The notes below the pieces were generated by a model. The model ran no database searches. It worked only from the letters and a program-made list of their open reading frames with translations, and was not told where the DNA came from. The position numbers were made by a program, and so were the translations under genes. Positions 16,619 to 25,847 of a DNA stretch of 53,948 bases are shown one piece after another. The DNA is from a virus (lineage: Duplodnaviria > Caudoviricetes), in the IMG/VR virus record IMGVR_UViG_3300043408_000051, positions 1-53,948 of that record. One strand, written 5' to 3'. The first letter of the stretch is position 1. Every line of letters begins with the position of its first letter.

Positions 16619-17799
16619 CCTTGATACAACGCACTTCCTTCAATAATGTTTACCGTCTCTACAGAAAATCTTCCAGACGTTTCGTTGTACCAAACTACAG
16701 CCAGTCCTTGTTGCCAATTCTCGTAATGTTTTCCTGGGCGACCATCGCCACCAACTCCAGAGTTTGCTCCTGGAACAGCACCATCAACTCGGCATAAACA
16801 ACCAGGGCTTACTGACACACTTCTAATTGGACCATCTGCATCAAACGTTGTTCTGTACTGCATTTCAATACGATGAATGTGTCCAAAAATAGTTGAAAGG
16901 TGTGGTGTATCGTTTGTGTAGGCAACTGCGGTATTACCGTTGCTTCGCACTTTATTGCCATGCATAGCACGCAAGTATTTACCTAACCAAACCATTGACT
17001 CTTGAGATGGATACTTGTCGTAAAACTCTACGTTTAACTCTTTTAAGCAGAGAAGGTTTTGAACACTTAAAACAGGGTCTCCAGTTAGGTCATCTGCTTT
17101 CTTCAAACCGTAGGAAGCCTGAGCATTTCGAGTAGCGTATAGATTAAGTCGGTTGTCGTGGTTACCTTCAAGCAAAACTATTCGTGCTTCTGGAGAAATT
17201 GCTCGTTGTTTTGCTAAGAACTCATGACCGTAGTTAATGGCTAGTTGTGTTGTTCCAGCAAAGGCTGCTTCTTGTATAAATTTGGAATGTTCTGGCAAAT
17301 CTAAGAAATCTCCAAGATTTATAACTACATCAATTCCGTACTTTTCTTGGACATACGCCATAATCTGTAAAGCAACATCAATTGCTTGTTCATCATGAAA
17401 TGGGTCTAATGTTCCGTCTTCGTAACGACGATAACCAATTTGAGGGTCAGGTAAAATAAACGCACACTTTAAATCTGTTTCAGACTTCTTTTTTACCTGT
17501 GGTTTCCAAGGTAATTTTACTTCTACTGGAGTTGCTGGACGGATTATTTCCCATTGCGGTCCTGCTTCCCAAGAAGGGTGTAAAACAACCTTAACCGCTT
17601 CAAGGTCGTTGATGACGGGTTCTCCGTCTTCCCCTTTAGTAACCGTTTGGTAAGTAGATACACTAACCCGAGAAATCTTCCCAACTTCATCGCGGTCAAT
17701 TCCGTTTTTCTGTAATACTTCATTAATCTTTGACTCCACAATTTGTTGTTCTGCGTCAGTCAAAACCTTGTTTAGTTCATCCTTATTCATTCTCGACAT
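16585..17799 (-). CDS. calcineurin-like metallophosphoesterase
   Basis: DPQ, GDFLD, GNHD, HG, GHIHR motifs. Confidence 0.85.
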   Translation of the reverse strand: MSRMNKDELNKVLTDAEQQIVESKINEVLQKNGIDRDEVGKISRVSVSTYQTVTKGEDGEPVINDLEAVKVVLHPSWEAGPQWEIIRPATPVEVKLPWKPQVKKKSETDLKCAFILPDPQIGYRRYEDGTLDPFHDEQAIDVALQIMAYVQEKYGIDVVINLGDFLDLPEHSKFIQEAAFAGTTQLAINYGHEFLAKQRAISPEARIVLLEGNHDNRLNLYATRNAQASYGLKKADDLTGDPVLSVQNLLCLKELNVEFYDKYPSQESMVWLGKYLRAMHGNKVRSNGNTAVAYTNDTPHLSTIFGHIHRIEMQYRTTFDADGPIRSVSVSPGCLCRVDGAVPGANSGVGGDGRPGKHYENWQQGLAVVWYNETSGRFSVETVNIIEGSALYQGQEFLSSKTST

Positions 17800-18041
17800 G
17801 CACAGCGTCCTGTTCTATGAGTCCTGATGGTGTCCCGACTAACATCACAAACTCTCGACAACAGTCGATGAAGTTCTGCGTGAGTAATGTTGGAGTCCAT
17901 TATTTTTTTAACACGGAATGCTTCATCTTCAGTTAATGTTTTTAACCATTTACCAAATTTGCATGTCCATGGACGAACATTTGGGGCTTCTGCTTTTGCT
18001 AACAATTCATCAAGAACTGAAAGAAGCGATTCTTCTGCCAT
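17787..18041 (-). CDS. small HTH/Zn protein coupled to the phosphoesterase
   Basis: C...HRTGRCAC; helical core. Confidence 0.6.
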   Translation of the reverse strand: MAEESLLSVLDELLAKAEAPNVRPWTCKFGKWLKTLTEDEAFRVKKIMDSNITHAELHRLLSRVCDVSRDTIRTHRTGRCACRE

Positions 18042-18114
18042 AAGTAGCCCTTCGTTACTAGTTTGTCTACGAATTAGTATACAAACTCTTTAACGAAAAC
18101 GACTACGACACGAC

Positions 18115-18357
18115 CTATCTTTTTTCGACTCCAGGTTGAGATGGACTTCCGTCATCCCACTTGTAAAAGGACCCCTGTGTTTGTTTGGATAGAGGTTGCG
18201 GAGTTCCATAAGGGTCACTGTCGTTGGTCCACGCAGTGCGTCTACCTTGTGAAGTTAAATTTGCGCTGCCTAATCCTTTGGGAGCGGTGTAGCCAGAATA
18301 CCTAAAAGGTTTTGGCATCTCTCCACCCTGTGCAGCAGAAAGAGCGTTTGAACTCAT
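18115..18357 (-). CDS. hypothetical protein (80 aa)
   Basis: Start MSSNALSAAQGG immediately after the upstream stop at 18359. Confidence 0.55.
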   Translation of the reverse strand: MSSNALSAAQGGEMPKPFRYSGYTAPKGLGSANLTSQGRRTAWTNDSDPYGTPQPLSKQTQGSFYKWDDGSPSQPGVEKR

Positions 18358-18358
18358 G

Positions 18359-18760
18359 TTAGCCTCGTGAGTCGTGAATGGAATCTGTGAGCGATGCTCG
18401 AGTTCCCATTGTGCTTGAAACAACGCGACCATTACGCATAGTTGACGCTGCCTCTGGAGAAGTAACAGAATATGTAGAAGAAATTCTACATGCTGGTCCA
18501 AGTTTTTCGCTACCTGCCTGCATAGGAGCACGCTTTGCTTTTGCACCCATAACTGTTGGGTCTGCTGCCTGTGTGCCCTTCTTTGGAATTAACTTTCCAC
18601 GAACTGCACCGATAGACAAACGAGCACTTGACGCGTTTAGCATATCGTTAATTGCATCTGGAACTTGAACGGAAACTTTCTTATCAGCACCACCTAGTGT
18701 GCTACTTGCTGCACCTGCACGACGACGCATGGCCTGTCCCATCTTTCGATAATCTGACAT
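18359..18760 (-). CDS. basic hypothetical protein
   Basis: 133 aa, AAGGAG RBS. Confidence 0.65.
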   Translation of the reverse strand: MSDYRKMGQAMRRRAGAASSTLGGADKKVSVQVPDAINDMLNASSARLSIGAVRGKLIPKKGTQAADPTVMGAKAKRAPMQAGSEKLGPACRISSTYSVTSPEAASTMRNGRVVSSTMGTRASLTDSIHDSRG

Positions 18761-18795
18761 GTAAACTCCTTTGCTTACAGTAATAATACTCTTTT

Positions 18796-19086
18796 TTATC
18801 TTGCTTCAATGCTAAAAACAATTGCTGAGATTTCTCCGTCACGGCTCTCTATGGTCGTAAACCCTGGTTTACACGTCAAGTCTAATCCACGAGGAGCAAC
18901 GTATCCTCGAGCAATCGCTAGTGCTTTAACCGCCTGATTGACGGCTCCTGCACCTACGGCTCTTAGTTTTACTTGTCCACCTGAGTACAAAGCATGAGCA
19001 ATTGCAGAAGCAACGCTTTGAGGGTTACTTCCAGCACTTACACGTAAAAACGCTTCTTCTGAAGCGGGTGTTGGTTCTTTAGTCAC
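18796..19086 (-). CDS. spoVS: SpoVS family (Alba-like) nucleic-acid-binding protein
   Basis: LRVSAGSNPQSVASAIA...AVGAGAVNQAVKALAIARGYVAP.G.DL...PGF is the SpoVS signature. Confidence 0.9.
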   Translation of the reverse strand: MTKEPTPASEEAFLRVSAGSNPQSVASAIAHALYSGGQVKLRAVGAGAVNQAVKALAIARGYVAPRGLDLTCKPGFTTIESRDGEISAIVFSIEAR

Positions 19087-19133
19087 AATTGGTAGTCCTT
19101 TAAGTTCGAGTTGTAGTGCCCTGCCTGTTTATA

Positions 19134-19169
19134 AAGGTAGAGAATAAACCTTAAAAAATCAGGCTAAAC
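19134..19169 (-). promoter_or_regulatory. putative promoter GTTTAG-N24-TACCTT
   Basis: Upstream of spoVS; fixed-spacing motif repeated elsewhere. Confidence 0.55.
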
Positions 19170-19749
19170 GTGGCTCATCTCGATATTTTGGGTTTGTCAT
19201 TTGCTCAATAATCCCTTTTTCAACGGCATTTATCCCATTTCCTGAGACCAAACGGGCTAGAGCATAAGAGTCAGCAGCATTGTCATCGTTAAATTCAACG
19301 TCCCACCGCTTATACATCTGGAGCAACATCTCTTGCTTTTTGGCGTTGCCTTTACCTGCAGCAAACTTCTTTAAGGTCATAGGAGAAACCTGTAATGGAA
19401 ATATTTTGTCTCTTTCATACAAAGCCAACTTAACAATTGCTGCTAGTTCACCTAATTTAAGAGCGGAAGGACTTTGTAAAACACTTCCCTCTATGGCTAC
19501 ATCTAATACATCTGCACCGTGTTCTTGAATGTAATCTAAAGTGTCTTCAAGCCACTCTTTAATATCTACTAGTCTTTCAATGCCAAAATAAGGAGACTTG
19601 TATACCCACGTAAAAAATTCTAGAGGGTTATCTTCAGATAAGGCTGTTAAAGCAAACCCTGTTAACGATTGGTCAATCCCAATGTAAACGTCTGTTTTTC
19701 TTGTTAATCCACCATCAATCGTTTTTAGCAGCACGCAGTTCACGCTCAT
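19159..19749 (-). CDS. ruvC: RuvC-like Holliday junction resolvase
   Basis: IGIDQSLTG, AIEG, LKKFAAGKGNAKK, DNAADS; exact start uncertain. Confidence 0.8.
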   Translation of the reverse strand: MSVNCVLLKTIDGGLTRKTDVYIGIDQSLTGFALTALSEDNPLEFFTWVYKSPYFGIERLVDIKEWLEDTLDYIQEHGADVLDVAIEGSVLQSPSALKLGELAAIVKLALYERDKIFPLQVSPMTLKKFAAGKGNAKKQEMLLQMYKRWDVEFNDDNAADSYALARLVSGNGINAVEKGIIEQMTNPKYRDEPRLA

Positions 19750-20002
19750 CTATAACCATCTGTAGGGTTCCTAAATAACCAGCACCATCTACAATGTTAT
19801 CTCGACTGTGTTTATGAACTTCTCGACAAATCTTTACCCAAGTCATTGCTAAAGCAACCTGTTCTTCAGTCACTTCACTACCAAAAATTACAGACCAACC
19901 TTTTGCAATTCTTGCAAAATTATCTAATGGGTGGTCGTAGGCTTTATTACGGTCATTTGTAATTAAACGCTGTGCTTCGTATAAAACTGTCTCTTCTACC
20001 AT
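19715..20002 (-). CDS. DUF6378-like all-alpha protein (possible dNTP pyrophosphatase-like)
   Basis: DRNKAYDHPLDNFARIA..W...VALAM..VKI.R...DNIVDGAGY. Confidence 0.65.
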   Translation of the reverse strand: MVEETVLYEAQRLITNDRNKAYDHPLDNFARIAKGWSVIFGSEVTEEQVALAMTWVKICREVHKHSRDNIVDGAGYLGTLQMVIDERELRAAKND

Positions 20003-20484
20003 GCTGCCTTATCCTGTCTATTTGCTCTAAAGTCTGAGGCTCTTCGAGTTAGTTCTCTAGAAATTAAAGCGGAATCTCTTTCTAGATTAAAGAACATGAC
20101 TTCAATCATTTTTCTGTAAGCATACAAAACTTCTAAATCATCAGACAGTTTTATAATTTCGGGACTTCCTGCAACATCAGCCTTCATAGAAGCAACTGGA
20201 GTTTTAGTTGTTGAACTTGACCTAACAATCATTAGTTTTGCAGTTTGCGTTTCTAGTAGTTTTTCTGCAGCACGTTCATCAATCTGTGCTGCTGCTAGTT
20301 GTGTTGCAACATAGTTTGTCCAAGCGGTTAATTTACTAAACAGCCTGCTTAACTCTTCACTATCTAATAGGGTTAAATCAGGGTGCGGTACGGGAAACGT
20401 TGATTGTGTTGGTGAAATAACAAACCCCTGGTTTAGTAACTCTTCAACTGCTTGTTGTGATGCTTGCCCTAATTTAAGCGACAT
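19996..20484 (-). CDS. coiled-coil protein (possible UvsY-like recombination mediator)
   Basis: Helical, ends ISRELTRR; within the recombination cluster; function is inference. Confidence 0.45.
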   Translation of the reverse strand: MSLKLGQASQQAVEELLNQGFVISPTQSTFPVPHPDLTLLDSEELSRLFSKLTAWTNYVATQLAAAQIDERAAEKLLETQTAKLMIVRSSSTTKTPVASMKADVAGSPEIIKLSDDLEVLYAYRKMIEVMFFNLERDSALISRELTRRASDFRANRQDKAAW

Positions 20485-21328
20485 TTTCTCCTCCAAATTG
20501 TTGACATGATTTACAGCCAAACTTTCCACCAATATTACACTCTAAGGGTTCTTTAGCGTCAACAGCAGCACAGACTGTCTTTGCCTTTTCAAAAATCTCT
20601 TCTACCATTCCAAAATCTGCTTTTATAGTAAATTCACTATAGTCTTGGTCCGCTTTTAACTCATAGATAAAAACAATCTCGTCTACTGGTTGAAGCATTC
20701 GTCGCATTAGTTCTAAGTAAATCTGACCTTGTAAAAGGTGTGTATTGAAAGGTCGTTTGATTGACCGCCATGCTTTTTGCACATCACCTTCGTGCTTTGC
20801 TAACAACTCTGGTGCTTCGAAACGTAACGTTCCTGCACCAATTGATTTAATCTCAATGAGGCAGTCATTACCAATACCTTTTATCCATCCGTCTGTATGA
20901 CCTTGGATTCTTGAAGGAGCGTCAGACAAAGTAACTTCTTCGTACTTTAAGAAGAGACTTCTAGCACCGCAATTTAAACAAACAACTGGGGAGGTAGCAA
21001 ACATCTCTCCACCGCAGACCATACAGTGCCACTGACCATACAAAACTCCCATTTCTCTAAACCAGTTTTGCCATTTAGCGTGAATGTAGTGTCCTTCATC
21101 AAAGATAGACTGCAGCCGTAAATTAGGTGTTTCTTTTTTAACTGGGACTCCTGTAAGTGCGAAATAAGAGGCTCGTAAACACCAATCTTTTTTTACAATT
21201 TCTGAAGGGTGTAGCACGGTGGTAGAGCGTGGTTCGGGTGCTCTAGACAACAGATGTCTTTCAACATCTCCTACCAATCTAGGGTTAGTTTTCTTAGCCT
21301 CTAGAAACCTCTTTAATTCGGCGTTCAT
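20474..21328 (-). CDS. Cas4-like PD-(D/E)xK exonuclease
   Basis: HPSE..C.R, GHTDG..IEIKS, QGQIY, C-terminal C-x7-C-x2-C; inserted CxxC/CxxC ribbon. Confidence 0.8.
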   Translation of the reverse strand: MNAELKRFLEAKKTNPRLVGDVERHLLSRAPEPRSTTVLHPSEIVKKDWCLRASYFALTGVPVKKETPNLRLQSIFDEGHYIHAKWQNWFREMGVLYGQWHCMVCGGEMFATSPVVCLNCGARSLFLKYEEVTLSDAPSRIQGHTDGWIKGIGNDCLIEIKSIGAGTLRFEAPELLAKHEGDVQKAWRSIKRPFNTHLLQGQIYLELMRRMLQPVDEIVFIYELKADQDYSEFTIKADFGMVEEIFEKAKTVCAAVDAKEPLECNIGGKFGCKSCQQFGGENVA

Positions 21329-21646
21329 TTAATCCTCTAGTCCTTTTATGTATTGTTCTAACGACATTGTTTTTTTATACTTTTTCTTCCATTTACGAAT
21401 TAGAGCGTTTCTTTCTCGATGAGACAGTCCTCCCCAAATTCCATGTGGCTCATCCCTTTCTACAGCATCCCACAGACAATTTAAGCGAACTGGACATGGT
21501 TTATTTCCAGTTGCTCCAAAGCAAAACGTCTTTGCTCTATCTGCGATGATTGTGTACAATTCTTTATCACGTGGGGGGTAAAAAGTGTCAGTGTCCTCTC
21601 CCTTACACTTTGCTTCATACCGCCATGCGTAAGACGGTTCATCCAT
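21329..21646 (-). CDS. whiB: WhiB family transcriptional regulator
   Basis: AKC..DTDTFYP..AKTFC...CPVRLNCL..A...GIWGGLSHRER. Confidence 0.92.
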   Translation of the reverse strand: MDEPSYAWRYEAKCKGEDTDTFYPPRDKELYTIIADRAKTFCFGATGNKPCPVRLNCLWDAVERDEPHGIWGGLSHRERNALIRKWKKKYKKTMSLEQYIKGLED

Positions 21647-21649
21647 GCT

Positions 21650-21970
21650 TTACGATTCCTTTTCAACGGTCTCTCTCATTTCTAGGTAATCGTCTTCAAG
21701 AAGAACCACATAGTTCTCCCCATCTAAATGTAAGCCGAGCACGGGTATTCGGCTATCTAGTATTGCCTCTCTCGTAATCTTCTTTAGAACTTCTGACTTT
21801 ATAGTGACTTGTTTTTTACCAGTCCATTTATGCTCAATTAAAAGTTCTTTAGACCTAACGTCTCCTTTTCGTGACCAAAATGCCCCAGAAGCAGCAGTTC
21901 GTGTTCCACCAACTTTTTTGGCTAAACGCTTCTCATGCTTTTGAGATTGTCGTTGTCCCTCAGACCTCAT
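21650..21970 (-). CDS. Hjc-like PD-(D/E)xK nuclease/resolvase
   Basis: HEKRLAK..G...SGA..KGDV...LIEHK. Confidence 0.7.
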   Translation of the reverse strand: MRSEGQRQSQKHEKRLAKKVGGTRTAASGAFWSRKGDVRSKELLIEHKWTGKKQVTIKSEVLKKITREAILDSRIPVLGLHLDGENYVVLLEDDYLEMRETVEKES

Positions 21971-22980
21971 AATGATAATACCTTTTTAGACAACTCTTCT
22001 TTTAGGTCGACTTCTTCCCTAATACTGGCAATTAGAGACTCATTTCCCTGCCATTTTCTCTCGCCGTAGTAGTACCAACCCCCCTTTCTTTCTACAATGT
22101 CGTGAACTATTGCCATGGCTGCAATTTCTTTTGCAAAGTCGTACTCTCCTGGAGGACAGTCTCCTCCTTCTGCAAAGTAAAAATCAAAATACGCCACTCG
22201 TTGAGGGGGAGCAGTTTTATTTTTTAAACTACGAACTTTGATAGTTTGTCCAATACGAATCTTGTTTCCACTTGGACCAATCTCAATCCACTCGTCTCGT
22301 CTAATCTCACACCGAGTAAAGAAAGCATAGTTCTTTCCTTCCCCACCAGGAGTTGTTCTTGGGTCACCATGCATTACGCCAATTTTCATACGGTATTGGT
22401 TAATGATTAAACCTAATACGGCTCTTTCATCCTCAACTAAACTTCTTTTCATCGCAGCACCTACCACTCTAAAGAATTTGTTTGTTAGTAGTGCACCACG
22501 ACCTACAGTCATTTCGTCCATGTTCTTTTCCATTTCTGGTAATGGAGAAAGTGCTGGAAGAGAATCAATCACAATAGCATCTACAGATTTGGATTCTGCA
22601 AAATCAATTACCGCTTGATATGCCTCTTCCATGATGTTGGTTTCAATAACAATTACACGACTTGCATCAACACCGCACATTTCAGCATACTCTGGAACCC
22701 ATTGTTCTGCAGCAACCCAAACAGTTGTGTAATCAGGATTTGCTTTTTGATTAGCAGCAATACACTTTAAAGCAACAGCAGTTTTTCCATGAGAAGACTC
22801 ACCAATTAATTCATTCCACTGGTTTCCTGGAAATCCTCCTCCAAGGACGTAATCCAATGTAGTAGAACCACTGGTAATGCGAGGAATAATGTCAGCCCTA
22901 ATGTCAGAAGCACAAACCACGACGTTGTTGCCAAATTTCTTGTTGAGTTGTGCAACGATTTTCTTTGCTTCATCGTTCAT
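21967..22980 (-). CDS. recA: RecA-like recombinase
   Basis: SGSTTLDYVLGGG, GESSHGKT, IVIDSL, INQYR.KIGVMHGDPRTTPGG, KNKTAPP. Confidence 0.93.
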   Translation of the reverse strand: MNDEAKKIVAQLNKKFGNNVVVCASDIRADIIPRITSGSTTLDYVLGGGFPGNQWNELIGESSHGKTAVALKCIAANQKANPDYTTVWVAAEQWVPEYAEMCGVDASRVIVIETNIMEEAYQAVIDFAESKSVDAIVIDSLPALSPLPEMEKNMDEMTVGRGALLTNKFFRVVGAAMKRSLVEDERAVLGLIINQYRMKIGVMHGDPRTTPGGEGKNYAFFTRCEIRRDEWIEIGPSGNKIRIGQTIKVRSLKNKTAPPQRVAYFDFYFAEGGDCPPGEYDFAKEIAAMAIVHDIVERKGGWYYYGERKWQGNESLIASIREEVDLKEELSKKVLSL

Positions 22981-23357
22981 TAATCCACTCTTCCTATAAT
23001 CCCTTGAGGATTCCAATTGTTAGTCAGGTCATTACCTGCTGCCATTTTTGTTGAACCTTCTACTTGTGCCCCAGTTAAAGAACCGTAACGACTTCCTGAT
23101 TGAGAGATGGGGTAACCACAATCATAACAACGTGGTGCGACATTAGCGTTTACCGCTAAATAATTATTAGAATTGCATTCAGGACATGTCTGTGTTTGAT
23201 TCACGCTTTGTGCTTTAGAAGGCGTAGGAGGCTGAATTGTTGGGGCAACATACCGTGTCATCGGTTGTTGAGACGGAGGCATTGGTGGGGACGGGTCTGG
23301 TCTACCAACTGGAGGTGTTTGCCCCTGTAACTTCTTTGTCCACCAATCTGCACTCAT
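22980..23357 (-). CDS. Pro-rich Zn-ribbon protein
   Basis: CPEC...CYDCGYP. Confidence 0.65.
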   Translation of the reverse strand: MSADWWTKKLQGQTPPVGRPDPSPPMPPSQQPMTRYVAPTIQPPTPSKAQSVNQTQTCPECNSNNYLAVNANVAPRCYDCGYPISQSGSRYGSLTGAQVEGSTKMAAGNDLTNNWNPQGIIGRVD

Positions 23358-23773
23358 TTTGGTCTCCTTGGTCCAACGGAAAGTAACTTTAAATCTACTA
23401 ATTGCGAAAGAGAACCACAAATAGCGGAGAACGCCATTTCTTGGTGAATCTCTGCAAATTTATCCCAAAACTCTTCTGGCATTTGCATTTCCATATTTTT
23501 AGTTTTTTGTAGTTCGGTGGCTCCCTTAGAAAGTGTTACAGCATGAGCCATTAAAAGAGGAAATAAATGCATAATCTTTTCTACACGTATTTTGCTTTCT
23601 AACTCTTCCATGTCAGCAACTTCTTTGCTAGTGAAAGTTGTTCCAGCCATAACACTCATACCCCAAGGGTCTTCCATGCCAGAGTCTAAAAACAGAGCAC
23701 GAATTCGAAACATTATCTCAGCATGTAAAGCGTCAATATCAAAAGACGGTTTCTTTTTCTTAAAGAACCTCAT
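23354..23773 (-). CDS. hypothetical protein
   Basis: ATGA coupling to polA. Confidence 0.6.
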   Translation of the reverse strand: MRFFKKKKPSFDIDALHAEIMFRIRALFLDSGMEDPWGMSVMAGTTFTSKEVADMEELESKIRVEKIMHLFPLLMAHAVTLSKGATELQKTKNMEMQMPEEFWDKFAEIHQEMAFSAICGSLSQLVDLKLLSVGPRRPK

Positions 23774-25782
23774 TTTGCTTGACCCCATTTTTCTACAATT
23801 TTCATATCAGCAATAAGTGGAACTACCATATCAGGCAATCTTACTCCCTCCATGGACTCTTTTATCGCTTCGCCAACTTGGTCGGCTAGTGAGTCGGGAG
23901 TAACTGTTACTAGTTCATCATGAACTGTCAATATTACATTAACTGTAGGCTCATTAATAAAACAAGAATGTGCTCTAACCATGGCTAATTTAATTAAGTC
24001 TGCAGCAGAACCTTGAATAACAGTATTAAAGGCTTGTCTTTCAGCCCTAGATTTTTGTCCAAGGTCTTTACTCAAAATCTCAGGTATGTAACGCCGTCTC
24101 CCTAAAACAGTAGAAACATACGGGATAGGGCGTTGCTGGGTTGCAATCCTAATAAGTTGATGCCTGTAACGATTGATGTCCCTAAATCTGTCATTAAACA
24201 AGTCCATTAATTGGTGGGCTTCTTTTACGGTACAACTAAGTTGGTCAGCAATTTTTTCAGGTCCAATTCCATAAGCAATTGCTAAAACCAAAACCTTTCC
24301 TGCTTTTCTATTTACCCCCATTCTTTCACCAATAGTGGTGTAAATGTCTCCTCCGTCTAAGTAGTTCTTGACGAACTCAGGGTCTCTAGAAAATGAAGCA
24401 ATAATGCGTGGCTCAATCTGCGAGTAGTCAGCCACAACTAACTTATGTCCTGGTGGAGCAATAAATAAGTTTCTAATTAATTTTCCATACGTGCCATCTG
24501 TTGGAATATTTTGTAGATTAGGCTCACTACTAGAGAAACGTCCTGTTTCTGCTCCGTGTGATTTAAAGTTTGTGTGAACCTTACCGTTGACTAATAAACT
24601 TTGTTTTTCTGAAGTTTTTGAACGTCCTGCAGTTGTCCTAGTAATTTCTCCACCAGTGTAGGGAGTAACGTAGGTGGTCATAATCTTGTTTAAGTCTTGA
24701 TACTTTAAAATTTCTGCAACTAAAGGGTCTTTCTCTCTGTAATACTCAAGTGCTTCTGCACTAGTAGAGTAATGACGAATAGTTAGTGGTTCACCTTTTT
24801 TTGACGCTTCTAACCCTTTTGGAGTCAAAGCAATCTTAATTTTGGTATTGGGTCTAATACCTCTTCCACCTTCTTCTTTAGAAGTAAACAATAATTCTTG
24901 TTTTTCTGGAATTGAGTTAAGTGCAAATTCTTTTCCTGCTAATTTATAAGCATTACCAGTAACTTCAACTAAATCTTTCTCTAACTTTGCTGCTAACAGA
25001 TTTAACTCGTTTTCGTCCATGTGTGCACCTGTTAATTCCATATCTGCAAGAACTAACAACAAATCCATCTCTAAACGCCATACAGTCAACAAGTTGTAAT
25101 CTCTTAACTTAGGCTCATAAACTTTGTATAACTTCCAAGTTGTTTCTGCATCGATGCCAGCATAATTTGCAACGTCACTAAAAGAATGACGTTCTACGGC
25201 TTTTCCAATTCCTTTGGTTACTTCTATGCCAAGTTCTCGTGCAGCACAAGCATCTAAAGATAAAGCGTTTTTTGTTCTGTTATCAATTATAAAAGCAGCC
25301 ATTAACGTATCAAAGTATGGCTTTGAGCAAACGTTGCCACGGTAATATTTGGCTATTGCTTTTAAATCAAACTTAAGGTTATGACCTACTTTTAGTTTGT
25401 CACTAAACATTAAAGGTTTTAAGGCTGCAAAAACTTCACCAGGTAATAGTTGGTCTGGTGGAGAATCAAACACAGGAGTCCAACTTGCTTCGCGTCTAGA
25501 AAAATCTTGTTCTCGTAGTTCTAAACCTTCGGATACTCGAGCCTGTGCAGAGTTCAATAACGGCTTATCCCACCGTAAAAACTCCCCATTGGGATGTCCC
25601 ATAGGAATTACATCTACGCGTCCTTCTGTAGCAAACGCAATCCACGTAATCTCATTTAACATTGGATGAAGCCGAGAAAAATCATCGGGTCCAACTGTTT
25701 CTACGTCAAAAGCAAACGCAGGTTGGTCTAAATAGTATTTGACCATATCTTTTAAATCGGAAGATGTAGTAATGATATTCAT
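23770..25782 (-). CDS. polA: family A DNA polymerase with 3'-5' exonuclease
   Basis: FDVET, GHNLKFD, YAGIDA exonuclease motifs; TGRFSSSEPNLQN, DYSQIEPR, RKAGKVLVLAIAYG, TVHDEL. Confidence 0.95.
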   Translation of the reverse strand: MNIITTSSDLKDMVKYYLDQPAFAFDVETVGPDDFSRLHPMLNEITWIAFATEGRVDVIPMGHPNGEFLRWDKPLLNSAQARVSEGLELREQDFSRREASWTPVFDSPPDQLLPGEVFAALKPLMFSDKLKVGHNLKFDLKAIAKYYRGNVCSKPYFDTLMAAFIIDNRTKNALSLDACAARELGIEVTKGIGKAVERHSFSDVANYAGIDAETTWKLYKVYEPKLRDYNLLTVWRLEMDLLLVLADMELTGAHMDENELNLLAAKLEKDLVEVTGNAYKLAGKEFALNSIPEKQELLFTSKEEGGRGIRPNTKIKIALTPKGLEASKKGEPLTIRHYSTSAEALEYYREKDPLVAEILKYQDLNKIMTTYVTPYTGGEITRTTAGRSKTSEKQSLLVNGKVHTNFKSHGAETGRFSSSEPNLQNIPTDGTYGKLIRNLFIAPPGHKLVVADYSQIEPRIIASFSRDPEFVKNYLDGGDIYTTIGERMGVNRKAGKVLVLAIAYGIGPEKIADQLSCTVKEAHQLMDLFNDRFRDINRYRHQLIRIATQQRPIPYVSTVLGRRRYIPEILSKDLGQKSRAERQAFNTVIQGSAADLIKLAMVRAHSCFINEPTVNVILTVHDELVTVTPDSLADQVGEAIKESMEGVRLPDMVVPLIADMKIVEKWGQAK

Positions 25783-25804
25783 AATGCCCCTTGTTATAAA
25801 AAGT

Positions 25805-25834
25805 GGGGAGTCTGTGTGACGGCACAGACTCCCC
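25805..25834 (-). terminator. intrinsic terminator after the ssb-like gene
   Basis: GGGGAGTCTGTG/CACAGACTCCCC 12-bp stem followed by a T-run on the minus strand. Confidence 0.8.
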
Positions 25835-25847
25835 TTTATTCAGTAAG

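Noticed and set aside
18358-18546. Long N-terminal extension of ORF 18115-18546
   Set aside because: It overlaps the upstream gene; the ATG at 18357 right after that gene's stop is more plausible
20474-21328. Cas4-like gene as a sign of CRISPR-Cas
   Set aside because: No repeat-spacer array or other cas genes; solo Cas4-like nucleases are normal in phage recombination modules
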